A stretch of 64,000 nucleotides of DNA, from contig CAXXLZ010000001.1 in NCBI GenBank assembly GCA_963675595.2, forward strand, positions 1,600,001-1,664,000. The letters run 5' to 3'. Source of the DNA: Thermodesulfobacteriota bacterium. Its GTDB lineage: Bacteria; Desulfobacterota; Desulfarculia; JACQYL01. The notes under the pieces were generated by a model that worked only from the letters and a program-made list of their open reading frames with translations, was not told the DNA's origin and searched no databases. The translations under genes were made by a program, and so were the position numbers. Below, one piece after another: positions 1 to 10,052 of this stretch (positions are counted from its first letter, which is position 1; every line of letters starts with the position of its first letter).

Positions 1-1
1 C

Positions 2-751
2 CCCTACCTGAAGGATCACCTGCCCGCCGTCCTCCACCGTGCACGGGAGGCCGGGGTCCGAAGCGTGGTCACCATCGGAGTGACGCCGCGCAGCAGTGAA
101 AACTGTTTGGCTTTGGCCAAGAAATTTCGATCCGTCCATGCGGCGGCGGGCTATCACCCCCATTGGGCGAGAAAAGCCGACGCCCAACGAATGGCGGACA
201 TGGAACGACTGGTCCGCGACCCGTCCATCGTGGCGGTGGGAGAAATCGGGTTGGACTACTTCCACTTCCATTCTCCTCGGGAAGCGCAGCTCGACCTGTT
301 TCACCAAATGCTCGACCTGGCGGCGGCCGTCCAACTGCCCATCATCATCCACGACAGGGATGCCCACGATGATGTCTATCGGATTCTCGACTCCTACCGA
401 AGTCGACTCGTGGGAGGAGTGATTCACTGCTTCTCGGGAAACTGGGACCTGGCAAGAAAGTACTTGGATTGGGGATTCTATCTCTCCGTATCCGGAAAGG
501 TCACCTATTCCCAGGAGCATACGCTCATCGAGGTCGCCCGGAAGACACCTCTCGACCGATTGCTTCTGGAAACGGATGCGCCCAATTTGACGCCGGCGTC
601 GCGCCGGGGGAAAAGAAACGAGCCTGCATTCCTCCGTCTTACCGCGGAAACCGTGGCATCGCTAAGGCGCATCCCTTTGGCCGACCTCGGACATGCCGTG
701 AGCGAAAACGTGCTCGAGGTTTTCAGACTAAAGGATCGGGAGGCGACTTGA
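2..751 (+). CDS. tatD: TatD family deoxyribonuclease/hydrolase (5'-truncated by window edge)
   Basis: Frame open from base 2 (PYLKDHLPAVLHRAREAGV...); motifs GYHPH, VGEIGLDY, IIHDRDAH, HCFSG, LETDAP, KRNEP. Confidence 0.9.
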   Translation, partial: PYLKDHLPAVLHRAREAGVRSVVTIGVTPRSSENCLALAKKFRSVHAAAGYHPHWARKADAQRMADMERLVRDPSIVAVGEIGLDYFHFHSPREAQLDLFHQMLDLAAAVQLPIIIHDRDAHDDVYRILDSYRSRLVGGVIHCFSGNWDLARKYLDWGFYLSVSGKVTYSQEHTLIEVARKTPLDRLLLETDAPNLTPASRRGKRNEPAFLRLTAETVASLRRIPLADLGHAVSENVLEVFRLKDREAT

Positions 752-803
752 GAACGAGCGACAAACGTCCTCACGCACAAACACAACCTCGCGCAATCAC
801 GCG

Positions 804-1721
804 TTATCGTTTGAATTCGCTTACGTCTTCTTCCAAGGCATTTTGCAACATCCGCCTCGTGATGTACATCATGATGTCGTAAGAAAGGAATTCAAGCTTG
901 GATCGGTCCAGCCAGTCCCGAGTGAGTTCGTCCGCCAGCGACTCCGGATCTTCTCCTCGCTCAAGGCGTGCACGGGCATCTTCTTTGAAATCGACGGCGT
1001 AATCCATGACACGACGAACGATTCCTTCGGCATCTTCGTCGGTCATCAAGCCATGGTGTTCCCACGCGCACATGCGGACATCCAGGTTCTCGACCTTCTT
1101 GAGGCTCTCCAAATAATCCCTGTAACTTTCACTGGCCGTGATCAGAAATGCGCCGTCGTCTCCCGTGGGAAAGCACATGGAATCCGATGGAAAGAGCCAT
1201 TTCCGATTCGGCTCATAAAGGATCATGCCGCAACGGCTGTGTCCCGGCGATTCGTAGACATCGAGCCGAAGGTCCCCCAATTCAATCCGGTCGCCTTCCT
1301 TGAGTTCCTTCGCGAGCCTCACACCGTCGAACTCCATGGAGATGCCTCCGCGCTCCATGGGGATTCCGAGACCTTCCATGACCTGTAGGCTGAACGCCCT
1401 TATGTTGCGAACCGCTTTCTCCATGCCGAAAATGGCACCGGCTCCCCTGGAAGCCAACACCTGGATGTGAGGATACTTTTTCTGAAGGTAAGGAACAGCC
1501 CCGCAGTGATCGAAATGAGCGTGCCCGATCACAAGAAAGCGAATCCGGCTCATATCGATATTCAATTCCTCAATGCCGGATTCAAGATCATGAACCATCC
1601 AAGGAGCGCCTCCACCCACGAGCAGGTCACCCTCACCGCTTTGCAGCAGATACATCCCGATCTTCTCATTCCCCAAAAAAACCAAACGATCATTTATGCG
1701 CCCGGGCGCTTGAATCCACAT
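804..1721 (-). CDS. MBL-fold metallo-hydrolase
   Basis: HAHFDH (HxHxDH) motif, SPGHS, LFPSD. Confidence 0.85.
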   Translation of the reverse strand: MWIQAPGRINDRLVFLGNEKIGMYLLQSGEGDLLVGGGAPWMVHDLESGIEELNIDMSRIRFLVIGHAHFDHCGAVPYLQKKYPHIQVLASRGAGAIFGMEKAVRNIRAFSLQVMEGLGIPMERGGISMEFDGVRLAKELKEGDRIELGDLRLDVYESPGHSRCGMILYEPNRKWLFPSDSMCFPTGDDGAFLITASESYRDYLESLKKVENLDVRMCAWEHHGLMTDEDAEGIVRRVMDYAVDFKEDARARLERGEDPESLADELTRDWLDRSKLEFLSYDIMMYITRRMLQNALEEDVSEFKR

Positions 1722-1911
1722 GATTACCCCTTGATTAAACGGAATCGACGTTTTATAGACGCAGAAGTGTGCCTAAAATGACTGATTCGTCACACTCCTC
1801 TATAGGAAGCGTTCCACGGCCTTCTTTGGCTGCGCAATCTGCCGCGCTTCCTGTTCACGCCACACCGACGGAAGCGCCGGCTCACCCCACGATTCGGAAA
1901 GGATCCCTTTC

Positions 1912-2826
1912 ATGAGTGCTGCAAGCCGTTTGCGAGAACTTCTCAGGGGGGACCGTATTGTAACGGCCCCCGGATGTCATGATGCCCTCGGAGCCTACTT
2001 CATCCAAAAAGCCGGTTTCGACGCCGCCTACATGACCGGCTATGGTGTGGCCTGTTCCCTGTTGGGACGGCCGGATCTGGGCGAACTGACCATGACCGAG
2101 ATCGTCGAGCACGCTCGGCGCATAGCCGCGGCCGTTGATATCCCGCTCATCTGTGATGCGGATACCGGATACGGAGGTCCCCTCAACGTACAAAGGACGG
2201 TACGCGAGTTCGAGAAAGCCGGTGTGGCGGCAATTCACATCGAGGACCAGGTCGAACCCAAACGGTGTGCGGCCATGGCAGGTGTCCAGGTCGTTGATCT
2301 CCCCACGGCAGTCAACAGAATCCGAGCGGCCATGGACGCGAAACAGAACCCGGACTTCGTCGTCATCGCCCGTACGGACTCGAGGCCCTCGCACGGATTC
2401 GCACATGCGGTGGAACGCGCACAAGCGTTCGCCGAGGCCGGGGCGGACGTTGTCTATATAGAGCTTCTGGGCTCCAGAGAGGAAGTCGAGCAGGCGGCAC
2501 GGGAGATACGTCGGGTCCCCCTGCTTTTCGATATGTTCGACCATCCTCTCGTGCCCGTCTTGACGGCCCCTGAACTAGAGGCCATGGGGTACGGAATCGT
2601 GACTTTTCCCTTCACTTCGACCCTGGCCTACGCCAAGGTTTTGGAGCACGTCTACTCTTCGATCCAGGAAAATAAGGGGGCGGCGCAGCTTCAGGAGCAT
2701 CGTCTCGACCTTCACGAATTCGAGAAACGCCTGGGACTCGCGGAAATTCGTGCCGGAGTGCGCCCCTTCGAGAACCCCGCCGGCTGCTCCACTAGTCCAC
2801 CTTCTCGACACGAACCGCAAACTTGA
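1912..2826 (+). CDS. Isocitrate lyase/PEP mutase family protein (PrpB/2,3-dimethylmalate lyase-like)
   Basis: GRPDLG, DADTGYG, IEDQ..KRC, IARTD, AGAD motifs; 35-bp convergent overlap with next gene. Confidence 0.85.
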   Translation: MSAASRLRELLRGDRIVTAPGCHDALGAYFIQKAGFDAAYMTGYGVACSLLGRPDLGELTMTEIVEHARRIAAAVDIPLICDADTGYGGPLNVQRTVREFEKAGVAAIHIEDQVEPKRCAAMAGVQVVDLPTAVNRIRAAMDAKQNPDFVVIARTDSRPSHGFAHAVERAQAFAEAGADVVYIELLGSREEVEQAAREIRRVPLLFDMFDHPLVPVLTAPELEAMGYGIVTFPFTSTLAYAKVLEHVYSSIQENKGAAQLQEHRLDLHEFEKRLGLAEIRAGVRPFENPAGCSTSPPSRHEPQT

Positions 2827-3214
2827 CTTTGCCCAAGCCCCCGGCTTCCAGTCCGGGATCAAGGCATTCCGCCGTCATGAACACGCGATCGTTGGGGTCC
2901 TGGCCCGAAACGATCATTTCGATGATCGTATTCACGTATCCGGTCAGAGGCCCCAATGCACGCATGCACAGGGGCGCGGTGGATTTCTGCGGGACCAGCG
3001 CGCCGCCCTCGATAACGATCTTCTGACCTTTCTTCATCCCCGCCGCACAGTATTTGGATTCGATGACCTCGGCGATGATCCTGCTGGTTCCCACGTCCGC
3101 CACTCGCGTAAAGAACTTGAACACGCCGGGACTTCCCGATCGGAAGGTCTCCCAATCTTCATCGGAGATGCCCACCACTTGCTTCACAACGGCCTTTACT
3201 TTTTCTTCTTCCAT
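2792..3214 (-). CDS. Conserved Cys-containing hypothetical protein (TIGR04076-like)
   Basis: 140 aa with C..G.K.G, LC..AL and ECLDPG...GKVKF pattern; GGGAGA RBS; last gene of thiolase operon. Confidence 0.6.
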   Translation of the reverse strand: MEEEKVKAVVKQVVGISDEDWETFRSGSPGVFKFFTRVADVGTSRIIAEVIESKYCAAGMKKGQKIVIEGGALVPQKSTAPLCMRALGPLTGYVNTIIEMIVSGQDPNDRVFMTAECLDPGLEAGGLGKVKFAVRVEKVD

Positions 3215-3257
3215 GGCGTCTCCCTCATGAGTTTATGTGTGGGGTGGTTCGGCCTTC

Positions 3258-3277
3258 GCCGGAGTCGACTCCGGCGG
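3258..3277. terminator. GC-rich hairpin between ThDP enzyme and Cys-protein genes
   Basis: gccggagtcgactccggc perfect inverted repeat. Confidence 0.35.
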
Positions 3278-3330
3278 AAAAGACCGGCAACGCGTCTCCG
3301 GCCTTTGAAATCCCAAAGGAAACCAACGCG

Positions 3331-4998
3331 CTACCTGAAATTGGGTAAGTCCTTAAGTTGCCCGGACATGGAGTAACCACCGGTATAAGATTCGGTGAGC
3401 ACGTTCAGAACCGCGGGACGGCCCGAGTCAAAAGCTCGTTCCAGGGCGGGGCGAATCTCATCGGGGTCCTCGACGGTTTCCCCGTAGCAATCCATTGCCT
3501 GCGCTATAAGATCGTACCGTGTCGATGACAGCATGGTGCCCACCGTGCACTCAGAGCCGTAAACGCCCCTCTGAAAGTTCGCGCAGACGCCCCAACAGGC
3601 ATTGTTGGCAACCACGACCACAATGGGAACGCCAAATCTCGCCGCCGTGTCCATTTCCATTCCGTTGAACCCGAAAGCGCCGTCTCCACAGACGCAAAGT
3701 ACCTGACGGGTCGGGTGAGCCAGCTTGGCGGCGACGGCGTAGGGAATCCCGATGCCGAGCAGGCCGGTAATACCGGGATTGAGGCGTGCGCCGGGCACAT
3801 AGGAAGGGATCAAGTTGCGGGCAAAATCAAGAATCTCGCCGCCATCTACGGTGACGACGGCGTCTCGATCCAGGAAATCCGCGATCTCCCTGCAAAGGCG
3901 GATGGGGTTGATGGGCTTTTCCTTGGAGGTCGCCATCCCGCTCCACTTCTCTTCCTTCTTGTCTCCCGCGGCTTTGAGCTCACGCGCCCAAGACTCGTCC
4001 TTCACGAATCCCCTTTGGCGCCACTCATGCAGTAGTTGCCCCAGCACCGCTTTGGCGTCTCCAACGATACCCACGTCCACAGGCCGGTTGCGACCGATTT
4101 CACGCGGCTCGACATCCACCTGGATGGTCTTGGCTTCCGGATTGTATCGAGGCGGCCTCCCGTAGCTCAAAACGAAGTTCAGCCTGGTCCCGATAAAAAG
4201 AATCACGTCCGCCTGCCCCATCAGTCGAGACCGGGACGAAAAACAGCATAGGGGATGATCGTCCGCCACGCAGCCCCGCGCCAACGGTGTCGGCACACAA
4301 GGAATGCCCGAGGCCTCGACGAAATCCACCAGCTCCTTGTGCGCGTCGCTCCACAAAATGCCGCTTCCAAAAATGATTCCCGGTTTACTCGCCGAACCCA
4401 ACAGGGCAACCGCTTCTTGAACGGCTTCGGGGGCTCCATACGGACGCACCGTGGTCCTGTAACGCTCGGGCAATACCGCCTCCTCCGGGACGATTTCACC
4501 TTCGAGAACATCCTGAGGGAAATCCACGAAAGCCGGACCGGGCAAGCCGCCGGCCGCTTCGCGAAAAGCGATGCTGATATATTCCGCGACCCTTTTGGGA
4601 TCGTAGACCGTTGCGCACCATTTCGTGATCGGTCGCATAAGTGCTTGATGGTCCATCTCGTGGAAAGCCCCGGTCTGAAATTCTCCGACCTTGTTATGAC
4701 CCGCCAACACCACCACGGGTGCCGAACCATAGTAGCAGTTGGCGACTCCGGTCACCGCGTTCAGCACGCCGGGGCCCGGTACCACCCAGGCCACGGCGGG
4801 TCGTCCCGTGGCCCGGGAATATCCTTGGGCCATGAGAACGGCCGCCTGTTCATGGCGAACATCCACGACTCGGATTCCCTTACGTTTCAGGGCCTCGTAC
4901 ACTCCGAAGGACGGCACGCCGCTCAAAGTGAAAACCACTTCGACGTTTTCTCTCTCCAGCGCTTCCGCCACCAGATCACCGCCGTACCGAACGGTCAT
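3331..4998 (-). CDS. Thiamine-diphosphate-dependent enzyme, 2-hydroxyacyl-CoA lyase/acetolactate synthase-like
   Basis: VRHEQAA, PGPG..NA, GDGAFGFNGME...NN ThDP-binding motif, RYD...ALERA. Confidence 0.85.
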   Translation of the reverse strand: MTVRYGGDLVAEALERENVEVVFTLSGVPSFGVYEALKRKGIRVVDVRHEQAAVLMAQGYSRATGRPAVAWVVPGPGVLNAVTGVANCYYGSAPVVVLAGHNKVGEFQTGAFHEMDHQALMRPITKWCATVYDPKRVAEYISIAFREAAGGLPGPAFVDFPQDVLEGEIVPEEAVLPERYRTTVRPYGAPEAVQEAVALLGSASKPGIIFGSGILWSDAHKELVDFVEASGIPCVPTPLARGCVADDHPLCCFSSRSRLMGQADVILFIGTRLNFVLSYGRPPRYNPEAKTIQVDVEPREIGRNRPVDVGIVGDAKAVLGQLLHEWRQRGFVKDESWARELKAAGDKKEEKWSGMATSKEKPINPIRLCREIADFLDRDAVVTVDGGEILDFARNLIPSYVPGARLNPGITGLLGIGIPYAVAAKLAHPTRQVLCVCGDGAFGFNGMEMDTAARFGVPIVVVVANNACWGVCANFQRGVYGSECTVGTMLSSTRYDLIAQAMDCYGETVEDPDEIRPALERAFDSGRPAVLNVLTESYTGGYSMSGQLKDLPNFR

Positions 4999-5120
4999 GG
5001 TCGCACTCCCTTTCGAATCGGGTTCTTACAGCGTTTTCCAAAAGGTTGCCGCGAGACGCATCGGGAACTTCGGGGAAGGGGGAACCGTGGTCCGGTGGCT
5101 CCCCCATTCAATCAGGCTGT

Positions 5121-5525
5121 TTATTCTTGAGGCATAAACACCAGGGACACGCCTTTTCCCCCGGAATAGGAATCGCCCTCAACTTCCATGCATCCAATCG
5201 TCACAGGCTTCCCCAACAAATCTTCCGTCATCTTGTCCGGAGGAATGGTGACGATGTTTCCCATAAGCCAGGGGCCTTCTTCCGTCTCTACCATGGCGAC
5301 CACGTAGGGGGTACGGAAAGAGGGCGCGGCCACATTGGACACCGTGAAGGTCTTGAGGATGCCTTTTTTGGACAGCTCGACCAGTTCACCTTCCGGCGAT
5401 CCGCATTCCTGGCACACCATGCGGGGAGGGCAATTCACTTCGCCGCACTTCCCGCATTTGACTCCCATGAGCTTGTTGTTTTTGATAGCCTCATACCACT
5501 CGGCCGCAGTCATTTTCGCTTTCAT
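5121..5525 (-). CDS. DUF35/ChsH2-like Zn-ribbon + OB-fold protein
   Basis: CGKCG...PPR..CQECGS, PYVVAMVE.EEG; adjacent to thiolase. Confidence 0.88.
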   Translation of the reverse strand: MKAKMTAAEWYEAIKNNKLMGVKCGKCGEVNCPPRMVCQECGSPEGELVELSKKGILKTFTVSNVAAPSFRTPYVVAMVETEEGPWLMGNIVTIPPDKMTEDLLGKPVTIGCMEVEGDSYSGGKGVSLVFMPQE

Positions 5526-5546
5526 CGGACTCTCCTCCTCCGCTGT

Positions 5547-6719
5547 TTAGTCGATGGTAAACACCGTGTTCACAACGGTGCAGAAGTCGCCGCCCAGGGT
5601 GTCCGTGAGCCCGATCTTGGCGTCTTTGACCTGTCGGTCACCACAATTGCCCCGAAGTTGGTTGACGATTTCGTAGGCTTGGGCCACACCGGTAGCCCCG
5701 ATGGGATGGCCTTTCGCTTTGAGCCCGCCGGAGGGATTCACCGGAAGACTGCCGTCCAAGACTGTTTCACCGGCCTCCACCGCCTCGTGACCCTCGCCCG
5801 GTTCGTAGAAACCAAGCATTTCCGTGGCCACGATTTCCGCCATGGTGAAGCAGTCGTGCAGTTCCACCACGTCCACGTCCTTGGCGGTAATTCCGGCCAT
5901 GTCATAGGCCGCCTTGGAGGATTCCTGGCGGGCCTTCATAATGGTAAAGTCCTTCTGGGAAATCAGGGAGCCGTTGGACCCCATTCCGATCCCCGCGATG
6001 CGGACCGGTTTGTCCACGTACTGCTTGGCCACATCCATGGGCGCCAGCACGATGGCCGCAGCCCCATCGGAGAAGGGACAGCAGTCGAAGAGCTGGAGCG
6101 GATCGCACACCATAAAGCTGTTCAATACCGTGTCCACGTCGATGAGCTTCTTGAACTGGGCCAATTCGTTCTTGAACCCGTTGGCGTGGTTCTTTACCGC
6201 CACCTTGGCCATGCGCTCCTTCAAGGTCTTAAGGGGCAGACCGTACTTGCTCGCGTAAAGCCTCGCCAGCATGGCGAAGACCCCGGGAAAGGTCACGCCC
6301 GCGAAAAACTCGTACCTGGCGTCCGAAGCCATGGCGAAGGTTCGTGTGGCCGTGGGCGTATCCATGGCCAGGGCGCGCTCGACGCCCCCCACCATCACCA
6401 TGTCTTTCATGCCTGAAGCCACCATCATGAAACCGTTGTAAATGGCGGTGGAACCCGAGGCGCATGCCGCTTCCACCCGGATGGCCGGCGCACTGTGAGG
6501 AATCCCCAATTCACCGGCCGCCATGCCGGCAATGACCATCTGCCCGTCGGTGAAATCTCCCAGGCAATTGGCCAAAAGCAGTCCCTGGATATCCTTGGCC
6601 TCAACTTTGGACGCCTGAAGCGCGTCCATTCCCGCCTCCGCGAAAAGCTCGACACAGCTCTTGGTGTCATGTTTGCCGAAGGGGGTCATGCCCACTCCCA
6701 ATACGGCCACTTCTCTCAT
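5547..6719 (-). CDS. Thiolase (SCP-x/archaeal type)
   Basis: RVEAACASG, CCPFSDGAAA, VELHDCF, KGHPIGATG; ATG at 6719 preceded by AAGGAGG. Confidence 0.9.
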   Translation of the reverse strand: MREVAVLGVGMTPFGKHDTKSCVELFAEAGMDALQASKVEAKDIQGLLLANCLGDFTDGQMVIAGMAAGELGIPHSAPAIRVEAACASGSTAIYNGFMMVASGMKDMVMVGGVERALAMDTPTATRTFAMASDARYEFFAGVTFPGVFAMLARLYASKYGLPLKTLKERMAKVAVKNHANGFKNELAQFKKLIDVDTVLNSFMVCDPLQLFDCCPFSDGAAAIVLAPMDVAKQYVDKPVRIAGIGMGSNGSLISQKDFTIMKARQESSKAAYDMAGITAKDVDVVELHDCFTMAEIVATEMLGFYEPGEGHEAVEAGETVLDGSLPVNPSGGLKAKGHPIGATGVAQAYEIVNQLRGNCGDRQVKDAKIGLTDTLGGDFCTVVNTVFTID

Positions 6720-6834
6720 GTCTAAGACCTCCTTGATCACTGTGAAAGACCTCGCCCGCCGTTGTGTCGGTCAGGACTGCAACCGATCACGAGCCGTTAA
6801 CTTCGTGGCGGGCGACGATGAATTGTACGGCACC

Positions 6835-9702
6835 TTAGGCGCCACAGCATTTCTTGTATTTCTTGCCGCTCCCGCAGGGGCAGGGATCGTTCCTGCCCAC
6901 CTTGCCTCCGGTCGTCTCAGTGTCTTCCTCCGATTTCGATGAGGTCAGGCCGGGAAACAGTTCCTGACGCGCGGCATCCAGAGCGCCACTCGCTTTCTCT
7001 TCCAACTCGGCCATCCGCTTCTCGATTTCGCGCATTTCTTCTTCCATTTGAATGGCCTCCAACAGACCGCGCACCTCTTTGAGAATGCCGAAGGCGTCTC
7101 CGTATCGCTCCTGCTTTTCGTACACGAAACTCAGGTTCTGCAGTACCCCGGCGATGCCCAAGGGGTGCTCCATTTTGCGCAGCAAGTCCAGGGCTCTTTC
7201 GTACACCTGGGCCGATTCGTCGTTGCGCCCGGTCTCATAATACATCGTTCCGAGGTTCGAAAGAATGTTGGCGGTACCCTCCACATCCTCTTTCTTTTCG
7301 AATTCCACGAGCGCCTCTTTGTACAGCTTTTCGGCCTCGCCGAATCTCTTCTGCTCATAGAACAGCAAAGCCACCTGGGAGGTTACGTTGGCCACCGCCA
7401 AGGTGTTTTCCGCCTTCTTATAAATTTCGAGGGCTTCGAACCAAGCGGCGAGGGCCTCGTCGATCCTTCCCCGCCCCCTTTGCGCCTGTCCCAGCAGTGA
7501 CAGGCAGAAAGCCTCCTGTTCGCGATTTCCCATTTGCCGGAAAGAAGTCTTTGCTCGCTGAATGCATCCAACAGCCTTCTCCCAGTCTTTCATCTCCATA
7601 TAGAGGTGGCCCAAGTCAAGCTCGGCTCCCGCTTCTCCTACGGGATATTCCAACTCGTGGTACAGACGGACCGCCTGCCTAAAACTGTTCTCAGCATCCT
7701 CAAACTTGCCTTGGACGCGCCGTAGGTGGCCGATCCGAGTGATCTGGCTGATTTCGTTGGTCTTGATGCCCAGTTCCTTGTAGAGCCCCGCAGCCTGTTC
7801 GAAGCACGCCACCGCTTCGTCGTACTTCCCTTCATCCCCCTTTACCATGCCGAGATTCGACAGCTGGGCCGCTTGTCCCTCGGCGTTCCCCAACTCCCGG
7901 AACGCATCCAACGCCTTCTGAAAGGAGCGGGCGGCGTTTTCCACTTTGCGTTGTGCGTAAAGAGCATGCCCCACGCTCGCATACCGCTGAGCCGCCTTTA
8001 GAGGCTCTCCCATTTCTTCCTCAAGAGCACCCGCTTTCTCATAGGCGTCGATTGCCCGCTCATACTCGCCCGCTGCGAACAGCACGTGCCCCAAATAGCC
8101 CCACTGGGAGGCTTGGCGTTGCTTGTCCCCTGATGCCTGATACGCCTCCAACGCCTTGCGATGATGCTCCTCGGACTTGGGAAAATCACCCTCGGCGTAA
8201 AACGTGTGCCCAAGGTTCACCCACTGCCGCACAACGCCGCTTTCGCCGGCCGCCTTGTCCACTTTGGATATCTCGCCATAAATCTCCAAAGCCTTCTTAT
8301 ACAGGCGCTCCGCCTCCCCAAGGTTCTTCAGCGAAAAATGAACATAGGCTAGTTGGGCGGTCAGGTCGGCCACAAGCTCATTTTTACCCAGTTGAGCCGC
8401 AAGTTCGATGGATTGGGACAACGCTTCTTTGGCCTTGTCCGTTTCCCTCATGGCAAACGCAGCCCTTCCTTTGAGCTCCAGGGTTTTCACAAGCTCCTCG
8501 GGACGCTCCAACTTCAGGAAAAGCCGAGCCGCCTCATCTAGCGCCGCCAATGCCTCGGCGCTTTTCATGCGTGATTCTCTGGTCTCCCCGATGGACATAA
8601 AGAGTTGGGCCCTCAAGGCCTCATCACTTTCAGGAAGCAGCGTCAGAGCCCGCTCCATCTCAAGCTCCGACACCTCGTTCCACCCCGAGGCCACTTTGTG
8701 CGTATAGCTGGAAAGCGCGTACTCAGCGATGAACTTGCCGTCTTCCACGCGATGAAGGTCCAAGGCTTGATGGATTAAGGCCGGATAGAGGCTGCCTTCG
8801 CCTGATATCCTCTTGTCCAGAATCTCGACCGCCTTACGCAAAAGAGCCTCTCGATCCTCCTGTTTGCCTTCGGCGGCAAGAGTCCTGGGAAAGGCCACTC
8901 GGACCCCCTCGTCGGGACCCGTCTGCAGTAACGCATCAAGTTCCGGGGCCCCCAATGCATTCCCCACTTCCTCTGAGCTCATGCCGAGAAGAACGCTCAA
9001 CAGAGTCTCGTCCGCCGGGTGCACCAGCGTCGCGAGGGCATTGAGAACACGGCTCGCCGAAGTTGCCCCGCCACTCACCGCGGCATAACTCTCCCGAACT
9101 TTTTCGAGCCCTTCCGTGGCTTCCAAAAGAATCCGGTTGGAGGGAGAGAAGTCGGTCTGCCTCGCCACCACGTCGCCTTCAATCTGACCGATCACCATCT
9201 TGACTTTGGTGGGCAAAAGCCTGAGCAGTTCCTGAAAAAAATCCACCAGTGCCCGGTCCTCAAAGTTCGTTCTGGGCGTGACGGACAGGATCAGCTTTTC
9301 GTCCTGCCCGAGAGCGCGGAACAAAAATCGTACCAGGTCAAGAAAACGAATCTCAAGGGGCCTGATGTCTTTCTCCATCAGCAGGATCAGCTGTTCCCGC
9401 AGTCTCGGCCCGGATTTCAGCAACTCCTTCCAATCACCCCGACCACGGTATGCATGGCCGTAGATCGTCTCGTACATCCACCGAAAGAGAAAATGCTTGG
9501 AATGCTCCCCTTCCCAGATCTCATAATGGAAAGGAAAACAGCCCTCCGTCCGGCTCAAACCCGACCACAATTGATCCAAAAATCCGTAAAGGCCTGGTTC
9601 ATCCTGGGCGACTATCAGATGAATTTTCTCCGTATCCGACTGGAAAAACTTAGACAACCCGGACAGCCCCAACTCCCAATCTCTTCTTACCACATGTTCC
9701 AT
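6835..9702 (-). CDS. Large TPR-repeat protein with C-terminal SEC-C motif and degenerate STAND-like N-terminus
   Basis: About 14 MalT-like TPR repeats (A..L.NLG..Y...G.Y..A...Y..AL); ends [21 protein letters not shown]. Confidence 0.85.
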
Positions 9703-10052
9703 TATTCACCCCGCGCAAGGTGTTATCGCTCAGGACGTGTCTTCAATCGGAATCGCACTTGAAAACGCCTTACAAGGGCGCTTTGAACCAAGGCCCCGCA
9801 GGGCAACCCGCCCACTCACCGGAAAAAACAACGAATGCACTATATGAATCACACACGGGAAAAGTCAAGAATCCATGAACGCGATTCGGTGCACCCGTAA
9901 AAAATTCCACAATCTCTCGGCGGAACCGGCAAAACAGTGAAACAGGCTCCTGAATTTGCCGGTCCGCAAACGTTGAATCGGGTTTTTCACATCGACGGAT
10001 TCCTACCCGAATCCTCTCTTGACGCCGGTGGAACCGAAACGCCATGGCATGG

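Noticed and set aside
9740-9840. Possible structured ncRNA upstream of the TPR gene
   Set aside because: Some GC pairing potential but no match to tRNA, SRP, 6S or riboswitch consensus that I can verify
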